A stretch of 63,981 bases of DNA, filler included, from Ionaspis alba (taxonomy: Eukaryota): the NCBI GenBank assembly GCA_964255285.1. It is 3 parts of 3 records of this genome, joined end to end, with 100 filler letters (N's around TTAATTAATTAA, not from the genome) between each part and the next. Parts side by side here need not be neighbours in the genome. Positions count along the whole stretch, not along the records: positions 1 to 22,603 come from CAXUUL010000202.1; 2 more parts are not named here. One strand, written 5' to 3'. Both the position numbers and the translations under genes were made by a program. This document shows, one piece after another, positions 1-13,181 of this stretch. Under the pieces are notes generated by a model. The model worked only from the letters and a program-made list of their open reading frames with translations. It had not been told where the DNA came from and ran no database searches. Position 1 is the first letter of the stretch. Each line of letters opens with the position of its first letter.

Positions 1-596
1 AGAGGAGGAGGGAGAGTGGGGTGGGGAAGAGGTTTAGACCTTATTGAAGCATAGCTAATCCCTCGAGGTGGATTGAGATGTAGGATAGGGATGAGAAGAG
101 TAGATATTGTCAATGACGAAGAAAAAATCCATCCACTCCACCGTGCACACGAAGCACCGCAGACCCTATTTAGAATAGTCTCGAGAACTGAAATGAGATG
201 GAGTGGCCGATACAAGTCAAACAAGCAAAATGGAATATATCAGTCTTCACATGTTCCCAAAAAAAACCAGATATAATCAGAGAAATTGATATATTACTTC
301 TAAGAGCTAGGAAAATCTTTCATCACTTTACTTCCTCATCAGGCTGTCCAATGGCCGATATACAATACTCAAAATAATGTTCTTTTCCCCAAAGTTTTTT
401 TTGTTCGGGTCACGACTTCCCTTTCCAGCCCTGGACCGGAGCATTCTCCGGCAACTTGTTTAAATTTCCCCGTTCGTTCCGACGTCACACTTTCGACATC
501 GATCTCTCGAAGGCACCTCTTAAGGTCAATACCTATCTCCATCGCCTCATCAATTGTCCTGAATTTGCATCAGGGAAACACATAAACCAACTCGCC

Positions 597-1491
597 ATGG
601 CAGAGCAGTCTCTAGAAGGCGCCTGCTCCTGCGGACGGAACCAATTCCACATCCACATCCCCCCGAACCCCCACCCGAACGCACGCGTTATATTCGCTGA
701 TAGTCTTGAGCACCGTACGTCTCCTTTCCCCTTTCCATTCCCTCTCCTCCTGATGGCTTCTTTCCCTCATCCCTGGTGTCCTCCTCGTCTGTCCCTCCTC
801 CATTTCAAACAGTTCTTTTCCATTGAGTACCGACCCTCTTTCCCCCTTAGCCACTGACAGCTCTAAAGGTCGATCCCACACCTCTCCCCTCTCCCTCTTC
901 CTACGCATCCCCCTCCCATGGCTCCACAGCACGACCCACGCCTTCTATGCCAACGAGCCCCACTCTCACATCCGGCGAGTCTTCACGCCGCGGCACGCTC
1001 CTTATACCAAGCATTATTTCTGTGGTTTCTGCGGCACGCCGCTAAGTTTTTGGAGCGAAGAGACGAGCCAGGATGCGGAGTGGATTTGTGTTGCGCTAGG
1101 GGGATTGAGTGGGAGGAGTTGGGGAGGACTAGAGGAGAGGGGGTGGTTGCCGCAGTCTCATACACCTGAAGAGGACGAGAGGATGCCTGGTTCTGTGGGG
1201 CTTTCGGAGGGGTTGGATGTAGCGGCGATGGGGCAAAGGCAGGTTGCGGAGGGGAGGGAGATCACGGGACAGCCATGGTTCGAGGAGATTATTGAGGGGA
1301 GTGAGTTGGGGAGGATTAGGAGGCGGAGGGGTGGAAAGTCGAGCTCGGATGGGAGGTCGAGGGTTGAGTGGGAGATTGTGGAGTTTGAAGGTGAGGCAGG
1401 AGAAGAGTCGATGGAGAGCGGAATGGGAAATGGGAAGAGGAAAATTGGGGATGTGGCCGGAGTTGATGTGGACATGAGGGGTGGACATTGA
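597..1491 (+). CDS. GFA/CENP-V (Mss4-like) zinc-binding domain protein, 2 exons
   Basis: ATG 597, exon 1 MAEQSLEGACSCGRNQF; intron 715-868 (GTACGT...CTGAC...AAG) joins in frame to RRSHTSPLSLFLRIP...FCGFCGTPL, matching GFA-family GxCxCG and FCxxCGT motifs. Confidence 0.75.
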
Positions 1492-2306
1492 GAGATGAGG
1501 CGGTTTGGTGGATGTCAGGAAAGCGTGGGTTATTACTCTGTGGTGCCTGATGCATTTATGTGAAGATGAATGATGAGGGGTGCAAACATGAGAAGTGTAG
1601 AAAAGCTGAGTACACGAAGATTTTCATCTTTCTACGAACCGTGTCTGCGTTGATATGAGAAGAAGAATCATATCGCACAGCTCTCGTTGTCGCTGATGTG
1701 AAAGCGTTTCCTTGCCAGCGGTCTCAGCCTAATTTTGCGTCGTTCAATTGGAGACTCAACAAGAGTGCAGAATAAGTCATTGGGACCCGTGCAGAACGAG
1801 TTGAGGATAAGAAAGTCTGTACCTTTGCCATCGTCTAGAATTGCCTTACCCTCGGTTCTCACTAATGCAAAAATAAATCGGCCGAGAAAAAAAAATACTC
1901 CAATTTCATCTCGTCTAATAATGTCAACATTAACAATGTTGCTCTAAGTTCTCAACACTTCATGGGACCTTTAGGCTGGTTCTGCCTGCTTGTCGCTGTT
2001 TCGCGTCACAGTTGAAAATTGGAAACTAGTGTGTTGACTACGATTTGTTGACTTTCAGTCCTCATCACTGCCACGCAACGAAAGCCTTTCTTGCAACATA
2101 AGTACCTTCAGACTTCTTAGGACGTATTCCATTGGCAGTCTATCACATCCTGGAGTGAGCTTTACAACTTACTTACCTTTCAGTACTCGATATTGTCATC
2201 ACACAACTGGAAATAGCGCCCCGAACGCATTAAAGCAAGTTCCTACTGTACCATCAGCAGGTCCACCAAGTCTCTACATGAAATTGACTCGTCACATTCG
2301 TTGACC

Positions 2307-5300
2307 ATGATGGGTAGCAACCCACTTACTGACATCACGGCCAATGCCAACAATATTGGTAAGGTGAAGCCTACTCGCTCGAAGATCCCTCAAGCCCTAA
2401 GTGGGACGCTACAAAATGAGAATCATGCAAGCTGCAAAGCTGCACCTCGATTCATGTCACCCACTCTGTCGTCCTCTCGACAAGCTGCCTCTCCAACACT
2501 GAAAGAATTGGAACGCACTTTAACACCCACTTCCGCCAACTCCAGCAAGACCAAGCCAAGCACTTGGATGTCCTCGGCTGCTCGACGCGTTGGAGTGGGT
2601 CGTGCTGCTGAGGTGACTACTCCTTCAGGGCTGAGCATCAATTCAACTAGAAAGCACGTTGCAGCGATACTTCCTGATAGGGTAAGTCAACATGAGATTA
2701 GCGAAGATCGAATCTACCATTTCGAAAGCTAATCTGCGTCTAGATTGCTACGCCGAATCACGACATGGCCTCCGGATCTCGCATTCCAACGCCTCTCCAC
2801 ACGAAAATCTCTGTTCCATCAGACAAACCTCTACCCAGTCCACCGATCGTCCGGGTGGCTCCAAAGAGTCCAGTCACCGAGAGTCGTACACTGATCGACG
2901 CAATTGAGAAACCACTACGTCGTTCTCCTCCTGGGAATCCTCACCAGCAAGAAGAATGGCCTGTTCTCTTTCCAGAAAAGCCAACTACGCCTAATACACT
3001 GCGAGAAATGATTCAGCCGGAATCTTCCGAGACATCAGCTGTCAATGGTGCTGATAAGCTTGAGAGATACCCAAAACTTGCAACCGTGGACAACACTGCT
3101 GTCAAGTCATTCACACATTCCAAGCCATTGAAGACTGTCTCTTCAGTCCAGTCGATCTCCCGCAAGGCAGTTCCCATGGCAAATGCTACAAAGACCACTG
3201 TGGACTCAGCAGCACCAGAAGACATGAGCTCAAAAACTCAGGTCAAGTCAACCTCAGATGATATCAAAGTCCTTGATACACTCTCAGCCGGCGCTGCAGC
3301 TCTCGAGAAGTCATCCGATGCCTCAAACCCCTTTGCACATCCACGTCAAACCAGAACCTCTTCTCTTCGTGCTCGTATCTCGGCTGGGAATTTGGTCAAA
3401 GATGGACCGTCGTCAAATACTAAGGTGATGGGTTTCACCGACTTCACTACAGTCAAGGAACACCCTCTCGCTACTTCGAACACTTCCAAAAGCTTGTCCC
3501 GCTCTCCAAACGATGCTCGATCAGCTAGCGAGCGTCGATTTCCCATCAAAGTTGATGCAAAGGTGCAAAATACGCCGACTGCAGCACACCTGAGGAACAT
3601 GAACAATTCCGGCAGCAGCTATGACTCGAATGACTCGGGAAGCCAGCAGTTCACCTTATCTCCTACGGCACAGACCGGTGTGGCTACAGTCGTTCCCTTA
3701 GAGAGCGTCATGCACAACGTGACGAGTGTATCTCTTTCAAACGGCGTTGCGAAAGCTCAACGTGCTCCATCTACTAAAGCTTATGCAGCCATTACCACGG
3801 ATACCGATCCATTCATCAGCAGCTCTACAGATTCAAGCAAGGCGGGACCGGATCTTCGCAATGGTTTCAAGGTTTTCGAAGAGTCGTCGAATCAAGACCA
3901 GTATACTGCTAAGAGTGTAATAAATTACAGACCGGGACCGACAAATTCCATTCGAGCCAGGAATCTACAAAACAGCTCTACAAAACAAAATACTACTGCG
4001 GCTCGAAGAGAGGCATTCACTACAAAGCGACTTTCTGCAACTTCTCCCGAACTCGGGCCCGTCCTGAGGATCTCTCCGTCCGCTGAAAGAGTCATCATGG
4101 GTCACGGTGCAAACAAGGAGAACATCTCAACAAATCCCTTCAGACGAAAGAACCCTGATCTTCGACGCTCTACTATTACAAAGGAGCTACAGAAGTCTGC
4201 TCGAAATGGATTGGCTAAGAGTACAGAATCTCGTCGTCCAATGACAAGCCAAGGTCTTCCTCACTCCCCATCCAAAATCGGATTGAGCAGCTCTGAAGCA
4301 CGGTTGAAGAAAGCTCGAAGTGTGGAGTTGAGCTTTTCTGTGCCTAGCAAGCAGCAGCTCAAGGTAGATACGGAACAGCAAACGTCTGCAGAGTTTCAGA
4401 AGATACCTATGCCGACCGGTGATGATCCGTTCTTCGACGCTCGATCTCACCAGGACGAACAGAAGGACGATGATGCGATCCAAGCTGAGCCTCACCACAA
4501 TGGACTGAAAGGTGATGGCATTTCTTCGCGTGCTACGAGTCCTCATTGGAATAATCCAATGTCAAGTGATTCAGTTCCAGTGACTGCAGCTTTCTTTCCC
4601 GCTAGTATGCAAGACCATGTCGGTAGTATCTCTTCTTTACACGAGCGAATGAACAATGAGAACCAGGACAAGGTTAGCGGCCGTGAAGTGACGGGAAGTA
4701 GAACGCCAAAGCGGATCGGCATCGCTGAAGTGTCAAACCTACTGCAGGCTGCACAGCATGCGGAAAGTCCACGAACTGACAGCTTCCCCCCTCGAAGCTC
4801 GTCACGAACTGCCGCAATCGACTTCGCAACCGGCAGACTCTCTCCCTACCCAGCTTCGAACCCAGGAAACCGCCTTTCGACCGAATTTGTCCTACGTCAA
4901 AACAAGCTAGGAACCAGCTCAGGCATTGTGACCTCCCAAGTCGACTTTGCCAAAGGCATCTCAAAGCGGGAATCAACAGCCGAGCTATCCTCCAAGTCTC
5001 ACGGCTCCCTCTCCAAAGGTGTCCTGTCCAACGTCCGTGGCTTCTTCCACAAACGCTCGTCGGACCACGACAGCACCTCGAAGCCCACAAAGAAGAAAGC
5101 CGGTAAGGATAAGACTATCGAGTCGGCCCTGACACGCAACCTCCCCCCAATCAGCGACGTACACCCCGCCTACCGTCCCGTGCCGATCTCCAAGACCCAA
5201 CCCCTGGCAACACAGACCTGCGACCCGTACCACCTTGACTTGACCACGCCCGTCACCCCGGCTCTGCGCACCCCGAGAGCGTCCGAGATGGCGAATACGA

Positions 5301-5548
5301 CTGCGCTGGCGATGCAGATCTTAAATCAGGCACGCTTGGAGCAGAGCTCGCCGAAGAAGGAGAGGTTGCTTGAGCTTGGGAGTGTGATGGTTGAGGCGCT
5401 TACGCAGGCAAGAGATGCGGAGAGGGCGATGGAGGAGGCGAAACAGGCGGCAAGGAAGGCGGAGGTCGCGTTTTTGTGCTGTGAGAAGAGTGTTAAGGAT
5501 GTGACAAGGAGTGTGATGGTGTGGAAGAGGGAGTTGGGGGTGGAGTAG
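2307..5548 (+). CDS. Large Ser/Thr/Pro-rich hypothetical protein with C-terminal coiled coil, 2 exons
   Basis: Exon 2307-2681, intron 2682-2743 (GTAAGT...GCTAAT...TAG), then in frame with the 927-aa ORF; PRFMSPTLSS motif and helical tail ALTQARDAERAMEEAKQAARKAE. Confidence 0.75.
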
Positions 5549-5810
5549 GAGCAGAGGCGGGGCTGATTGTGGATTTAGCATAATAAAAGGAGGGATTGGG
5601 AGGTTGGGTGATGCGATGAGTGATGTTGAGGATGACTTTGTGTGATTTGCGTGCGTGCATTGAGCTTTTTGTTCAGATGTTGTGGATGGATTATTTGTGT
5701 GATGGTTGGATGGATGAGTTTGCTATCAAGGTATGAATTGCTGAACAGGTTTTGGCAAGAGGTAATATCAAGGGAGCTCCACGTTGTGGGAACTGATCGT
5801 CTGCAGATAT

Positions 5811-5910
5811 NNNNNNNNNNNNNNNNNNNNNNNNNNNNNNNNNNNNNNNNNNNNNNNNNNNNNNNNNNNNNNNNNNNNNNNNNNNNNNNNNNNNNNNNNN
5901 NNNNNNNNNN
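5811..5910. other. Assembly gap (100 N) hiding the promoter and 5' end of GWT1
   Basis: Run of N; GWT1 coding sequence is already under way at 5911. Confidence 0.95.
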
Positions 5911-7327
5911 CGCTGAATTTATTCAGGCCGCCGTTCTTCTCTGGTCCGCTCTGCAGTCCCGACAAGCATACTTCCATACCTACAACAGTCTAGCCTACCT
6001 TACCGATTTTCTCCTCAACGTAGTTGCCATCCTCCTCGCAACAACGCTCTACTCCTCCGCTCCGATCTTGCTAAATGCCCTTCTGATTGCACCAGCCGTC
6101 ATCCTGCTCGCGCTTCCACAGTCCAAGAAAGGGCAGAAGAAAGTGCCGAAAGCGCCGGAGCACAATGGCCGAGCAGATTCTACGAATGCGGAGAACGACC
6201 TTGACCCTTTCCCCGTTAGACCCTTCATTACCGCCTACCGTGGCGCGATGATAATCGTCACCTGCGTCGCCATCCTCGCCGTCGACTTCAGGGTCTTCCC
6301 GCGCCGCTTTGCTAAAGTGGAGAATTGGGGAACCTCACTGATGGACATGGGTGTGGGATCGTTCGTCTTCTCCGCTGGACTGGTAGCAGCAAAGCCGGCA
6401 TTGAAATCTCAGCTGGCGGGCGACAAGGAGGGTCTCGGACAAAGATTGTATAGATCTGCGAGGCACTCGCTGCCGCTACTTGTGCTGGGCGTGGTGAGGC
6501 TTTACAGCGTCAAGGGATTGGATTATGCCGAGCATGTCACGGAATACGGGGTTCATTGGAATTTCTTCTTTACGCTGGGATTTTTGCCTCCGTTTGTGGT
6601 GGTTTTCCAGGAGCTCTTGAGGCTGGTGCCATCGTATGCTTTACTTGCGTTGCTGCTTGGGGTAGGGTATCAGGGTGTTTTGGAGTTTACCTCATTGAAG
6701 GCTTTTATCTTGACTGCTCCGCGGGTTGATCTTCTGAGCAAGAATCGCGAGGGCGTGTTTTCGTTCTTTGGCTATCTGGCTATCTTTTTGGCTGGGCAGG
6801 CTACTGGTCATGATGTCTTGCCACGGCGATCGAAGAGTGCTGCTTCAGCTCCCTACAATGCTGTTGCTGAAAGGAAGCGTCTACTAGTTCGGCTTACATC
6901 GTGGTCATTGATCTGGAGCATACTCCTCTTCCTTTCCATGTCATACAAGTTGGGTTTCGGCCTCAGGGTGTCTCGACGTTTGGCCAACCTTCCATATGTG
7001 TTTTGGGTGTCTGCCTTCAACTGCACACAGATCACTTCCTTCTGTTTGATCGAGACGTTGGTGTTTCCTAAGGTCCACAGGGCAACCAACAATGCAACAG
7101 AGAGAAGGGAGAGCGAAATCGCAACGAGTAAGGTTCTCAAGAGCTTCAACAGGAGTGGTCTAGCGGTTTTTCTAATCGCCAATCTGCTTACGGGACTAAT
7201 CAACCTCACGATGAACACGCTTGGTATGGGCACGATGGCAGCGATAGGAGTATTGATAGTATATGCTTCAATCTTGGCAGCTATGGTGCTTGCGCTAGAT
7301 GCCAAGGACATCTCCATTAAGATCTAA
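5911..7327 (+). CDS. GWT1: GPI inositol acyltransferase GWT1/PIG-W (5' partial)
   Basis: Motifs AILAVDFRVFPRRFAKVENWGTSLMDMGVGSFVFS, YAEHVTEYGVHWNFFFTL, SRRLANLPY, FLIANLLTGLIN; multi-pass hydrophobic protein. Confidence 0.95.
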
Positions 7328-7469
7328 GAAAAGAGGAAAAAGAAAAAACTGGCACCCTGTTGTGCATGGTATAGTCGAAGATATTACGCCGCACCACCAT
7401 TTCCCAGATATTCCCGTCTATTCAACGCCCTTCCCTACTACACTCATGACATCAATATCGGGGTGCCAG

Positions 7470-7868
7470 TCATTCTTCCGCTTCCCTATGCTCCAGCAGG
7501 AGGTCCATCATCCCACCATTGGTCGAGGGCAGGAACAGACGCCCTTGCCTCTTCTCGCTCCTCGTGCTCGAAACAGTGTCGGTGCTGCTCGTGCTGCTCG
7601 TGCTGCTTGATCGCCGTCCTCGCGTTGTGGCTGCCATGATCTCTTCTGGAGATGGCATAGCGTGGTGATCGAGGCGAAGTGACGGTCGTACATAGTGGTG
7701 TGAGATGAGACGTCCTCGAGGGCTTGGAGGTTGATAGGTGGTGGCAGGTAGCAGCTCAAGGACATCGCTGGGCGAAGTCGAGACCTGGTACGAGTGCATC
7801 TTGTTCAATTGCATGCGGGGCCTTGGGTGCGAAGGCACCTCGCTGGAGTAGGACTGGGAACGATTCAT
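7470..7868 (-). CDS. Small Ser-rich hypothetical protein (132 aa)
   Basis: ATG-initiated ORF converging on GWT1, preceded by a pyrimidine-rich leader (about 7990-8030 on the minus strand) and a long upstream non-coding region; no recognisable domain. Confidence 0.45.
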   Translation of the reverse strand: MNRSQSYSSEVPSHPRPRMQLNKMHSYQVSTSPSDVLELLPATTYQPPSPRGRLISHHYVRPSLRLDHHAMPSPEEIMAATTRGRRSSSTSSTSSTDTVSSTRSEKRQGRLFLPSTNGGMMDLLLEHREAEE

Positions 7869-10800
7869 TGTGGAACAACGAACCGGGAATTAGATATTAA
7901 GGATTAAGAATGGTCGTTGCCGGCACGACTTGTTCGAGGGATCAACCAGAAAGTGGCACGGTAGTAGTAGACGGGTCGCCTGGCGAACAAAGAAGAGAAA
8001 GTGTGACGGTGACAGGAAGGGTAGAGAGAGATTGTGCTTTTCGGAAGCTGGGTGTAGTTGACTGGAAGTCGCGTACCTCAAATACAGTGATCGGGTTGTT
8101 GTCCTACGTCACAAACGCTGTTGCGAACAGTGTTGCCCTTAGTCCTTCCTGTATCCAATCCAGAGTCACGGATGAGTATCAAAGTTGTTATTCAGCTATC
8201 TAGAGGGCAAAAGGCTGCTACAACCTTAAGCCAACCATGGAAGCCGGTGGCCGCTGTCAGTTCGCTGGTCGTAGGCTTTGTGACCTCACTCGTCTCCTTC
8301 GTTTTGAGCATGTTGCTATCAACGTTCTTGCCAACCACTGACAGTTGTGTATCATGACTCAACAAACAGCCATTGGCGACCAGGGCGGAAGGACAAATCC
8401 CAGCGGGGAGGAGGTGCCGGTAGGAGGTCTGTGGAGAAGCCATCGTTAGCAGTCCCCGAGCTCCTCGCGATCCTGGAGATCCTAACATGTAAGTCACACT
8501 TCTAATTTTTGCGCTTGGAGTTGTTTCCTCACACATTCCAACAGTGGAGCTTGATCATCCAATGTTTCGTCCTCAGTCTCTGCTATGTTTGGTGTCTTTG
8601 GCGATTCATAACAGAGGCAACGTGTCCACAACTTGGTACTGCGCCAAAACGGTTGTGTTCTAGAAATGTTACAGTCAGTTTCGATCCTCCGCCCATGGGG
8701 TTTATGACGATGTTGGAGAGCTAGTGGGTTGTCTCGTTGTTGTACGGGTACTTCGTTCGCCGCAACCCACAAGCTTCATCGGAGCCCACATAAAGGCTCG
8801 ACGATCCGCCTCAACTATCACAAGGGTTTCCACGCCTCAGCCCCCGCTATTAACTCCAGAGCCCCACAATGTTTCTGCGAGGATCAATGTTTCTGTGATA
8901 TTCTTGTTATTAGAACTACTTCTGTACGTAGTTACACAACATAACTGTTAGTTCCTCACGGTTTGTCATCTTTAGATCGGGTCATTGCATTCTACCTGCA
9001 GATGGATATTTGACATTTTGGTTACCAAAAGTTTTCCCAAACAGTTTCCTGCTTGTACAACAACAGATTCGGCCGACAACCGATACTCTGACCAACAGCC
9101 AAAGTATTACTGCCTCCCCGCAGAACGTTGCTCGGATAAGCAAATGGTTGCACTACAGACGAGCGCATGGATGCGGTGTCACGGCCGAGTCACTTTGATA
9201 ACGGCTATCTCAATCTCCGCTTGAGACTACGAGGCAATGAAACGTAGTAGGCTTCTGTCACTCTTCAATCAATTGGAGTAGCATGGCTCTTACAACACCA
9301 CCCTCAACAACGATGATCGACGCCAGAGTCACTTGATTCCAACTTCATGCACGCCCGGTCTGCACGCCTCGACACACTCGGCCAGGCGTTGGATGGTGCC
9401 TCTCTAGCAGGATCAACGCGGACGCCTTTGAGGGGCGAATGGCTTGGAACTAGATTGGCGACAGCTATCCATCTCGCACTACTAATTACGGGCCGGAGAC
9501 TTTCCCTTCCTGCCTTGCGCAATCATAATCCTCTGCCGTGCTTCAACGGCTGCCGAAGGATTCAGCGTGGAAAATGACCGATGCAGACAGAAGTCACAGT
9601 CCGGATGCACGCTATGAGCTGTCATTTGCTGTCGTAACCGCCCGGCCGTTGGCTGTCTGTGGAAGATGCTTCATGTCGGTAGAGTTTGTCAATTACTCCG
9701 GGTACAACCAGGAAGGATTTGTCAGAATTCAAAGTGCGCTTTGGTCGATAGCCCAGTCTTGCTAGCGAAAATTTCACGGTCGATTTTTATATTATAGCTG
9801 AAGTGAACGTGGAGTTGACCAGTTCCAATTTCGGGTCTTCAGCTTGCTCAGTACTTTGGATGACTTTGTTCCTCTCACCTATCCCTAGCTGTCATTGGTT
9901 GACAAGGGGCCCGGATCAGAGTTGATGGACGAAGACGGAGAGAGCCGCTAGGTCTAGTTCAGCGTAATACTACACGCACGTCAACCATGGGAGACCAGGT
10001 GCCGAATGAGGGTTGCACCAATGGTAGAGGATTGCTGCAAAGCATAACTAAAGCATCTCGATCAGAAAAGGTAGAGTTGTTTCTTCCTTGCGAAAAAGAG
10101 ACTCATATTATTTGAATATCATTTGCCCAGACAAAGATAGTAACCTCCAATGCTCTCTCTGCGACATCTGTTGATAACCGTCCGCTCGTAGCCACTCTCC
10201 TCATGTCCGCAAGCCGACAAGGCGCCAACGCCATTGCAGCCGAGCGGAAAGCAAGGATGTCGTGTGCGAATCACAGCTGTCAAACTCTTTTCTACGCACA
10301 AGTCACTTAGTTTTCCCGGTTCGAAGATCAGAAGAGGCACAGACGGAGAGGTTACGGCTCCTCTTGCAGTAACCTCCTCGCCCTTCCACGCCAATAATCC
10401 GCCCTCTCCTCTCCCCCATCTCCTTCAGGCCAGTCAAATCCATGGATCAGACGTCCGTCCTCTTTTCCTTCGAGGACCCTCAGGCTGCTGCCATCGGCCG
10501 CTACTTTCAAGGCTGCAGCACTGCAGCTGCCGTTACATACTTCAAATCCACCTTAAGCACTTGACCACGCTGTGCCCTTAGCCATAACCCAAACAGCTTT
10601 TGGACACTACAGCACCATTCCTTTTTTTGCCATTCCTGACAGATCTCATATCATTGAAAAGTAGATCTTTCACCGGAAACCTTTTCTCTTTATCCTGTGT
10701 TCCCCTATCCAAGTGCAGTACTATTGATCAGTTTTTTCATCACTCCCGTCCATGTCCGAAAGAGACCTCTTTCCACTCGGAATGCACTGATCCAGATAAC

Positions 10801-12641
10801 TGGGTCATATCTTGTCGTCCTTATATTACCCTTACTTCACCCTCATGATTTTGACGACCTGCCCCTCCACGCGATTCACAATCGCCCGCAACTCCTCCCC
10901 ACATTTGACTTGCAGAACCCCGTCACAAACTTCAATTCGAGGTAAGTGAATCCACACAGTCACGAGGAAGAGCGTCTTCTCGCAGCACATTGCTGATCCG
11001 TTTCAAGCTACAGATTTCTCCCACCAAAAATCATTTATCCGATACATCCCCTGCAACCGTCGACGGCGTCCGTCTACAAGGCTTCCCTCTCCCTCACGAG
11101 ACCCACGAACCACAATCGGTCCGGGAGTCCCTGCGGCTGAGAGATGTGCACGAAGGTTGTTCACAAATACGGCTGTGGCCATCAGTTAGTGGAGACGGCG
11201 CCATGCGCAAACAAACGTGCTGGGGCGTGCAGAGGCATAACGGAAAAAGTGGTTACCCATGCTGAGAAATGTGATAGAATATGTGGAGGATGGTATGTTG
11301 AACACCTGCCACGATAAAACCCATGATCAAGAAGACAGGCTGAGTGAGGATAGACCCCAAACAGACACAGGATACAATTGGATACCAGAGCATCTGCGCG
11401 CGCTTTGCACTGGCCACTCGATGCAACCTTTCTTCTTCAATATCATTGATACCCCTTTTTATGAATTTGAGAAATTTGGATACGGTGGGACTTCCTTTAC
11501 CAACATCTGGTGGTTGAGGTCAACCAAGGTCAGCACGCAAAGGCGCCGAGTTCAAGGACAGAAACTGGTCTTGGGATCAGCGCCATGATTTCTACGCAAG
11601 TAACGGCCAGACTTACAGGCCAAAATGGCTTAATCATAACTATTGTTTGCATGCATTTCACGCTTGATGTTCAAGACATTTAGGGATATGACAGCTCTGC
11701 CGACTTCCCTGTTCTCGATACTGCTGGGCAATGTCCTCCCTGACAAACAATGTTGACGATTTTTGTAAAACATGTTGCTCGGCCCTTTTCTTTTGCCTCT
11801 AATTGATTCCAAGTTATTGGAGAATATTCTCTCTGCTTACTTTCTTCTCCATCCTAATCAGAACACTGCAAAGCACATATTTGTCCTCCTCCTCACTACG
11901 CAAAAACACCATCCATCCGAAACCCACACTCAGACACACCTGTGAAAAACTCCCCTGCCCACCATGCACAGACCCCTCTCCTGCATCCACGCACCCGCAT
12001 AAGGACCGCATGCACCGAACGCCAAAAAAGCACAAACAAACCACTTGGCATTTTCCGGCCATGCAAGCGCCCCACACCCGGCTTCCGTGTCTCCCTCTAC
12101 ATACCCGCTCGGCAGACAAGCCGCCTCATGCGTTATGTCACTTCTTCTTGCCTGCATCCTTATTGGCCCCTAACCGAGAGATAACATGTCACTCAGTCCA
12201 CTCACTGCGTTCCAGCATCCAACCTCCGCTGTCACGCCATTGACTGCCGGCCTTTACTTTTCTGCAAACAAAAAAAAAAATAGAAGGATGCATATCCTAG
12301 GGTGGAACTAGTGAGTATCCAACGAAATACCTCGTAATCTAGTGGCTCGCAGATAAACTGCCCTCCTTACAAAGGGGCTGATTCAGCGGTCTCGCAGAAA
12401 CTTACCAAATACTCAACTCACAACAGCTCAGCGGAAAACAAACAATACTACCATCACCGGTTCCTCTTCGGACCGGACAACACGAACCCGCATGACAGTC
12501 CTGCGTCTGGCAAGCGCCCCTCTTGCGCTGCTCGGCGGTGGCACGGGAAGAAGGGGGGAATGATCGCTGCATAGCGCTACTGCGGGCAGCCCTGGCTGCC
12601 GGCTTATTCTGTCAGGCCGGCTTGTTGCTGTCAGTAGATGC

Positions 12642-12741
12642 NNNNNNNNNNNNNNNNNNNNNNNNNNNNNNNNNNNNNNNNNNNNNNNNNNNNNNNNNNN
12701 NNNNNNNNNNNNNNNNNNNNNNNNNNNNNNNNNNNNNNNNN
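12642..12741. other. Assembly gap (100 N)
   Basis: Run of N. Confidence 0.95.
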
Positions 12742-13181
12742 GATATTCTCACGAACGCTAGAAGCCCACCAACAATAACCCTTCACCCCAGCACGAGCTT
12801 CCGGAGCCTCCGCCACCATACTTGGCATGTAAGTCATGCGGACCCAGGCCGAGATGCAGCAGCCTAAATCCCTGCCTCATGCTTTCCCATCTCGAATCAG
12901 TGATACCTGTGCGAGGCTCATTCCAGGGCGAGAAGACTATCGTGCAGTCTGTCGTGCCTGTTGTCGTTATAAATAGCTCTCCAGTCTGAAAACTTGCCTA
13001 TGCATGCAATCGAGCTGTCCGACATCTACGACCATCATCGTGACGTCCTTGGCAACGAGTGACGATGGCCAATGTAGCTACCTCATGCTGCCGTGCCTTT
13101 CTAGCACAATTTTGCCCTATCCGGGTGTTGCTAGATTTCCATCCACACTCTTCGTGAATGCAACTCAGGAAGCGGAAAGGT

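Noticed and set aside
5642..5910. N-terminal part of the 561-aa ORF
   Set aside because: The ORF caller read through the N gap; sequence before the gap does not resemble GWT1.
7870..13180. Searched for telomerase RNA template, snRNA, RNase P/MRP and tRNA hallmarks
   Set aside because: No TAACCCTAA template or other diagnostic motifs found by eye.
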